NCBI GenBank assembly: GCA_002633005.1
Contig: NMRA01000961.1
Coordinates: 1-44,881, forward strand
DNA: 44,881 nt
Reading direction: 5' to 3'
DNA from: Phoronis australis
Taxonomy: Eukaryota; Animalia; Phoronida
A program made the translations under genes and the position numbers. Of this stretch, positions 38,022 through 44,881 are shown piece by piece. The number at the start of each line of letters is the position of its first letter. The first letter of the stretch is position 1. The notes under the pieces are model-generated. The model saw nothing but the letters and a program-made list of their open reading frames with translations, was not told where the DNA came from and searched no databases.

Positions 38022-40219
38022 GAGGCTTCTTTTGAAATACTGTATCCTTTGTATATGCCTGGTGTACAAGGCTCAGTGTGATATTATCTAAGCTTTATTA
38101 TCCTCTATGGCTTAACAACTATATATCTTCATTCATGCCTGTAAAAGAGGTACTCCCAGGATCATCAAGCATGTGTATGTTTTTATTCTAATGAGGCGTG
38201 CTTCGAATGTACAATTAGTAATTATACTTTTGCAGTGGTTCATAACAAACGGATTCATTAAACCCAGTAAATATTTTTGCAACTGCTGACTCTGCATATC
38301 AGACGTGCATATTGCATCATACCTCATCAGAGTAAAACTTGTTATCAATCATAGTAGAAAAAATTATTTTTATCATTGCCACAAGACGTTAACAAACGCA
38401 GTGAGTGTCTGTAACTGTTGTGTCTAGATTGCTGATGAACTAAAGTCGGTCTACATGTATTTCCATTTTTATATCACTGATTCATGCCAAAGGTTTGAAA
38501 TTGCGCCCCTTTAAGAGTTTTGACTTGCCCTGTGATCACTAGAATCCGATGCAATAAACTTATAGAAGTTGTTTTTTAACCAGTGTAATATAGCTGAAAA
38601 TTGTGTGCGTTTTCGTTTGCGAGAGTGTTCTTTTTGAATCAATGGGTTAATCATTTTACGCTCTACATGAAAACACAGACTACTTTTTTAGGATTACATG
38701 TACCAGGTTACCCCGAAAATATTATTTTCAAAGTTTTACCCCTTGGAGTATACGCGAAACGCCAAGTATTGTGTTCTTACGCGAAAGGGCTCGGAAGGCT
38801 GTAGCCTTGGTGCGAAGCTGTTTACTAAATTAAATATACAAATTTGCGCCATTGTGGGTAAAAACTGACCGAATAAAATCTTCCTAGAGTAAACTAAATT
38901 ATTTACCAGCGTTGCAAAAAATGGTTTTCTACAATTATTCTGCTGCTAAAGTTATGTTGTGATCTTATGCGTCGACTTTCGCCCCAATGAAATATTGCGT
39001 CACCTTTTAGCCAGTTTCTTTTTCCCAGATTCTTCAATCAAACGTTCTCCCTCGAGGTTACGTAAACGTCACAACAAATGATCAGAATTGGTTTCACTTC
39101 ATTATATGTTTTTGGAATTTTGATATCAGTGAACCGAATTTTAGAACAAATTTTGCTGAGATGTGTTCATCATCTAATGGGAGATGTTGAAAACATTTTG
39201 GAAGTGGCGCGTGTCACAATGAACTTTTTTCAAAACGACGATATACGTTTTTTCGTTAAAAAGGCAGAGAATTACGCAAGAAGATGACGTCGGATGTTTC
39301 TCACTTAAACGGCCGTAACGGGCAACTTGAATGCCAATTGACTTCCAGATTTTGCATGCACACCCGCCAGTCTTGAGCTCATGTTGATACAAGTTTTTCG
39401 ACGAGGTGACAAACGTAACTATCCGGGCTGTGTGAAGTATCGAGGTCTGTTTGGTCTCAATAAGCAGTGGCACCTTGCTGTATTTTGAAAATAGTCTTCA
39501 TGCAACTAGCTGGCTACATAGGAAGGCTCTAGTTTCGAAAAGATGTTTTACTGCGAAAGTGACAACAATTTCTGAATGATGATGGATGATGGATGACACT
39601 ATAAACCGATCAGTCTTCCGTTTTCATGCGCCCATGATTTAATATCGGCGCTATGTTCAAACCATTGTTTATGTTGTTTCTAAAATAAAATTGGGTTCTA
39701 TTGCTGTACCAACATATTAAGAAATTATACAGAAATAAGCAATAATTATCTGTGGTAAATCGCAATATACAGCGTGATGAAGTGATCATCAAGAGCAATA
39801 ACGGATGAGCGCAAATGCGTGATGCTTGTTGAGCATTCCGCTGCATGAAAACACTTGAGGTCGTGTATTGAGTGTTGTATTCTGATTGTTATGCAATTTT
39901 ACTGTAAATTTCAAATTTCGTGCTTGTTTTTGTGCAAAATGTACTGTATAAAAAGTCTCATATCTAAATTTAGAAATTATGCTTCCGCGATATCACTTAA
40001 CGTTTGATTTTACCACGCCGTCATTAATTCAACATAAAGTTTTAGGCTGGTGTAATGTCACGCACTTCGTATTTGTAGGTTGATTCGATTTTATTTCCTT
40101 TCAATAGTTGAACAAAAGTTTATAAACCGATGTCAAGACCTGAGTTGCCAGTGGTGAACGAACAGCGAACAGTAAAATGTTTGTTTGGCCAAAGTTCACC
40201 CGTTAAGTCATAAAATGGT

Positions 40220-40410
40220 AATTGCCGACCAAGGACACGCTTAATCCGAATTGGTCGTCTACGCTAGGCGACCACTTAGCCGACCCAAGTGCCGACCACA
40301 GAGGCGACTCAGTAGACGGCTCCTAGCCGACCGTTGTTGGTCGGCTGCTGGTCGGCTAGACGACCTGTCGACGGTCGGTCGTCGACCAATTTCCGACCGG
40401 TCAGCCAAAA
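40220..40410. repeat. GC-rich array of gccgacc/ggtcggc motifs in both orientations (MITE subterminal-like)
   Basis: More than 10 (g)cgac(c)/(g)gtcg motifs in ~190 nt. Confidence 0.6.
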
Positions 40411-40501
40411 ATTCGTGATGTGTGCTGTACTTTAAAATATAAACACTGTATGAACACCTGCAAACATATGCAAAATTCAGCGTTTGGCATCTGAAAGTCA
40501 T

Positions 40502-42087
40502 TAGCCTTTGTATAAAAGTTGAGATGATTTTTTAAGTATTCACTGCTCTAGAGTGAAAAGAGACCAAATATCAGGGCTAATCGCTGTACTTGAAAGCGAA
40601 TTTATAGGGCTTTACAAACAACAAGGTGAAGCAAAATATACTTAACAGTATAAAAACATTCCCTGAATTCGCAATAAAGTAGAATAGAAAATGTCAACAA
40701 GTATCTTGGATTTGATTTTGGAAATAAAGACTGGACCTCTGGCTCTGCCATGGTTGTTTCAGAACGCGACCACGAGTTACATGTACGGGCGCATTCGTTG
40801 AAGTTTCTACAGAATGTACTTTAAAAATCTTTTTCGTCCAAAGTTTACTCTGTATTATTCTAAAAAAATGTGCTTCATTCATCGTGCACCACCTTTTAAT
40901 GAATGACAGAATGAATTGTCTTCTCACCTACGTACTTCGTCGTTTGCCATCTAGCATTACCTGACTCTTCCATGACTGGTCCTGTTCTGTCAGAAATTCG
41001 TCGACTCTGGGTAGTACTAGTCCGTACTCTGTCACAGACCTTGCTTTGTGAAGTAGTTTCCTGTATCTCAAGTGTTCGGTGGTGTCTTTGACATAACTCG
41101 CTAAAGCACAAAGCTTGTGTGATCGGATTTTTTGCAGAATAAACTCTAATGGAACATGAAGGCCCATCGACATCGTCCGCCATTTTGTCTTTTTAAAATA
41201 CGCTTGATTCTCTCAAAATCAGTCATTACAAATATCAATTCTTACTCGTTTAATCTTAAAGGCATTTATTTCCATTTAAAAGTTCTACCGCGTGTTTAAA
41301 TAAACCTGATAATGTAAAAGAAATGAAAGAATACAAGAGGCCAAGAGGCTTTCACGTACATCTTTATATATCCTCAAGCTTACCCTCAACTGACTCCCTC
41401 AGTGAGCAAAGCTCATCGGGTTCAGTTTTCATACTAGCCGCGTAATAAACCCGGAAAACATATTGTTTTCATTTGAAAAAGTTTAGACTTGGTTTCTACA
41501 ACTATTTAAAGCAGACTTCTTACCTAGAAGTTTGTTCAAATGGTCTGTAAACTCGTAAGCTCGTAATTTCCAAGCTATTAAAATAGACAGTTTTGCAAGA
41601 CAGTTTTCACTAAAGTGCAAAGTTGAGGGAAGATTTTTTATTTCTCAGTCATCAAGACTACTTCTTTAACTGTATGTTTAAAACATCACATAAGGCTACA
41701 ACGTATTTTATGGCAGTAAGAAGGTCACAAAAATGGCCACTAAAATTAGCCCCAAAAAGTGGTCTGTGGATTATCTCCCCTGTCCATCACAAAACTTTCA
41801 GATTTTAATAAATGGCACAGTATACGTTGGTTATTTCAGCCACCAAAATATAGCTTTTGATCTATTTTGTATGTTACTCATTTTTGTTGCTGAAAACATG
41901 CGATTTTTAGACGGCTAACATGCCCAATTGTGCCAATTTCTGTTATCATTCTCCAGCGGCAAATTAGGGGTCACTGGGTGCACAAAATTTGGCATTTGGG
42001 CTTTTGTTAGGATACCTACCCATGTACAAAAAATGAAGTTGATGTATAGAGTCATTTTTGAAAATCTACTGGTTTTTATATGGACTG
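40502..42087 (-). mobile_element. Possible second Academ-like remnant
   Basis: Degenerate ends tagcctttgtataaaa / ttttatatggactg with flanks cat/cct. The minus-strand KDTTEHL..KLL..AR...YG...NARW resembles an Academ transposase N-terminus. Confidence 0.4.
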
Positions 42088-42367
42088 CCTCTTGATTCTT
42101 TCTTTAGATTTTACCCGTATTTTTTAAAGTAAACAGATGGCGCTGCCTACCTACGAAGGCGGGTGAAAACTGTGCTGCTGAAATTTGCTGTAAAATACTA
42201 TTTGTACCGAAGACCATTGAGGAGTGGATGGAGATTCTGCTGGTGCAAAAAACTGTGTGAGTGCATGGTTAAAAGAAGTTATTTCAGTGTATTACCCTGT
42301 GCACATTTACACCGGACATTCAACGTATCTGGGGTGCATTACGTAACTGTCACAACCATTGTGAACA

Positions 42368-44505
42368 ATGCCGACCATTGGTGCAAAACTAAAAACTCCC
42401 ACGAACCGTGCCAACCTGCGCAGTGCCAGCAGCATCGTAGATTACATGCCCCCACAACAGGACATAACAAATAGAGAGTTGCTGAACCAGCTGAATGCCA
42501 GATTTGATGGCATGGAGAAGGAGATAGATAAACATCAATTTTAAGAGACGAAGGCTGAAAATGTTAAACTCAGAGATTTCATGAAGCTGCTAGAGAGAAA
42601 GGTGGACGACCTTGAAAATAGGTCCAGAAGGGACAATAATATTATACGTGGTATGAAGGAGGAGGTCAACGAGTCATGGGACAAAACTGATGAATTGGTT
42701 CAACAAGTGGCTGATGATTTAACAATAGGCGAGTTGTCAATTGACCGTGCACACCGTCTTGGCAGAAAACAGCAAAACAGAAATCGACCAATAATCGCAA
42801 AAGCATCGGCGGCAAGCAAATCTGCTCTCATGAAGAAGCGTAGAGACCTTCCAGAGGGGGTACACATAACTGAAGATTTCTAATGGCGAGTTAGAGTGGC
42901 CAGGAAAAATGATACACATTCAAAATGGAGAACAGGATGGAACATGCTAAAATCACATTCGACAAGATGATCAACGGTAAAGAAACCTACTATTACGACG
43001 AAGAACAAGACATGGTGAAACGAAGAACATATCTTCGAAGGTCACCTGACAGAGGTATCAACGATGAAGCAGACCCTGATGCAAAATAGCAATTTCATGA
43101 ACAGAGCATCGATTTGCATATAGGTCATCTTCTCAGAAAATTGATGAGTCCTGTGATATAATTGGTTTCATTGAGTCATACCAAAAATCACCAACATAAT
43201 TTGACACGTATTTCGACAACTATACTGTCCGCTCTGCAATTCGCCCCCCCTGGTGGGAAATTATCAGGAGGCGTCACTGTGTTAGTAAAAAATAATTTGC
43301 CACAGAATGTAACGCGCGTGAATTATGATTTAATAGATTGTGTCTATTTACACATAAAAATATGTACCTCATATGTAAGCGTCATGTCATCATAGGTTTT
43401 GTGTACCTGCCTCCAGAGGGCTCTGGTTACAGCCAAGAAAGTGACTTGGAGCAGTTACACATCTATAGTGACCTCAGATATTTCAGTAACATGTTTGATA
43501 TTAACAGAACAGAAATTTGCAGTGAAACTTTTGATGACCCAGTTAGATAGGCTCTTGATGAGCATGACGCACAGTGTGAGCGTTGTATGCATCCACAGAG
43601 TGAGCGTGATGTAACCAGTGTCTTTGACATGGATGAACTAAGTGCCGGTATTAGCGCAGATGAAATAGTAAAGGCCATTAAGAATCAAAAGAATAATAAA
43701 TCTTCCGGAGAAGATGGCATGCCGGCTGAATTCTATAAGTGCTTCCCTGAGGCCCTAGTAGAACTTCTCCACAAACTTTTTAATAGAATTTTCACTACCG
43801 GCATTATCCATCCCAATGGTCAAAAAGTATTATTGCGCCGTGTTACAAAAAGGAGACAAACTTAATCCAAATAATTACAAAGGGATCTCCGTTATAGATA
43901 GTATTGATAATTTTTTTACAACTATTCTTTATTCTCGTATAATTGAATGGTCAGAAGAACAAGCAGCCTTTAGGACTGGGTACTCTACCATCGATAACAT
44001 TTCTAACCTACAGTGTATCATCCAGAAACATGTCACTAAACGGAAGGGGAAAATATATTGTGCATTCGTTGATTTTAGTAGGGCATTTGATAGTGTAGAT
44101 ATTTCCCGTTTATTGTATGCTCTTTTAACCAAAGGTTTGCATGGAAAAATATTTAACATTTTGCGCATTATGTACGACTCTATACAATCGTGCGTTATGG
44201 TACAGTCCCAGACCACTCTCTACTTCAACTGTACAGTAGATGTCCGGCAAGGATGTGTTTTAAGTCCCTGGCTGTTCTCGGTGTTTGTTAGCACACTAGT
44301 GTCTGATATTAGAGAAAATGTAGGCAGATGTATACGTGTCTCTCCGGGTTGTGAAATAGGTTCTCTGTTTTTTTGCTGATGATTTAATGCTGGTGTCGAA
44401 TACTGTTGCTGGGTTACAGATGACGCTCAATGCCCTCGAAAAGTTTTGTCGAGACTGGAACTTGCATGTTTATTTGGAGAAAACGAATGTTGTGGTATTT
44501 AAGTT
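42368..44505 (+). mobile_element. Decayed two-ORF APE-type LINE (RTEX-like)
   Basis: ORF1 is L1-type coiled-coil/RRM (DLENRSRRDN, IDRAHRLG, RPIIAK). APE remnant (SGGVTVLVK, VYLPPEGS) with an internal deletion. RT motifs KSSGEDG, NPNNYKGIS, EEQAAFR, AFVDFSRAFDSV, VRQGCVLSP, and a frameshifted FADD. Confidence 0.88.
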
Positions 44506-44881
44506 CAGGGGCGGATCTACGTTTTCAGTAAGGGGGGGTTTAGGATTCCAGCAAAGGTCGAATCCTAGGCGCGTGGCGCCGAGAGGGGGGGGGTCGGGAG
44601 GGGGGGTTTCCCCCCCTCCGTGTAAAACAATTTTTTGTTTTTGTAGCCAAATAGTGGAATTTCCATGCATCCTGGTAAGTTTCTGGCACTTAACATGTCT
44701 CTTGAGTTTTTCTTAAGATAATTTAAAATCCTTCTCGATTTCGTCGCATGAACGTGGCTCATAAGTTTCGTGAAACCATATTTGTGCACATCTGGGTATG
44801 AGTCGCGCCACCAGCAAAAATTTTTGTTGGAACATCTGCTTATACACACCTTTTTAGCATGCGAAAAGTCGTATATGAAAA
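44506..44881 (+). mobile_element. Left end of a GC-rich MITE/hAT-like element interrupting the LINE RT
   Basis: RT homology stops at KTNVVVFKF, followed by caggggcggatctac...gggggggtcgggagggggggtttccccc. The right end is not in the window. Confidence 0.65.

Noticed and set aside
41524-41544. 21-nt phase 1-1 microexon
   Set aside because: Poor pyrimidine tract with upstream AGs, and it lies inside a probable transposon remnant.

Overview
AT-rich, repeat-dense genomic DNA from an animal, probably a marine invertebrate (inferred from the transposon mix). It is not prokaryotic, and most listed ORFs are noise. One host gene can be partly reconstructed on the minus strand. It has three paralogous phase 1-1 fibronectin type III (FN3) exons (27757-27996, 25138-25395, and a frameshifted copy at 23909-24164). 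It also has a probable transmembrane last exon (5681-5877) and a possible 6-nt microexon (4590-4595). The ~18 kb intron between the FN3 exons and the last exon holds a stack of nested transposons, up to five levels deep. An Academ-type element (11310-23556) contains a 29-bp-TIR/7-bp-TSD element (11711-18486), which contains a Kolobok (13728-16840), which contains further TIR elements. A 5'-truncated HERO-type non-LTR retrotransposon also lies inside the Academ element. Elsewhere are a second Kolobok copy, a decayed Gypsy LTR element, a decayed RTEX-like LINE, a tRNA-derived SINE head, MITEs, a probable haplotype duplication next to an N gap, and many TA-CATG-TA Tc1/mariner-type excision footprints. 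One footprint variant appears to have frameshifted an FN3 exon. No intact transposase, RT ORF, CRISPR or RNA gene was found. All family assignments are by motif recognition by eye, with no database search.
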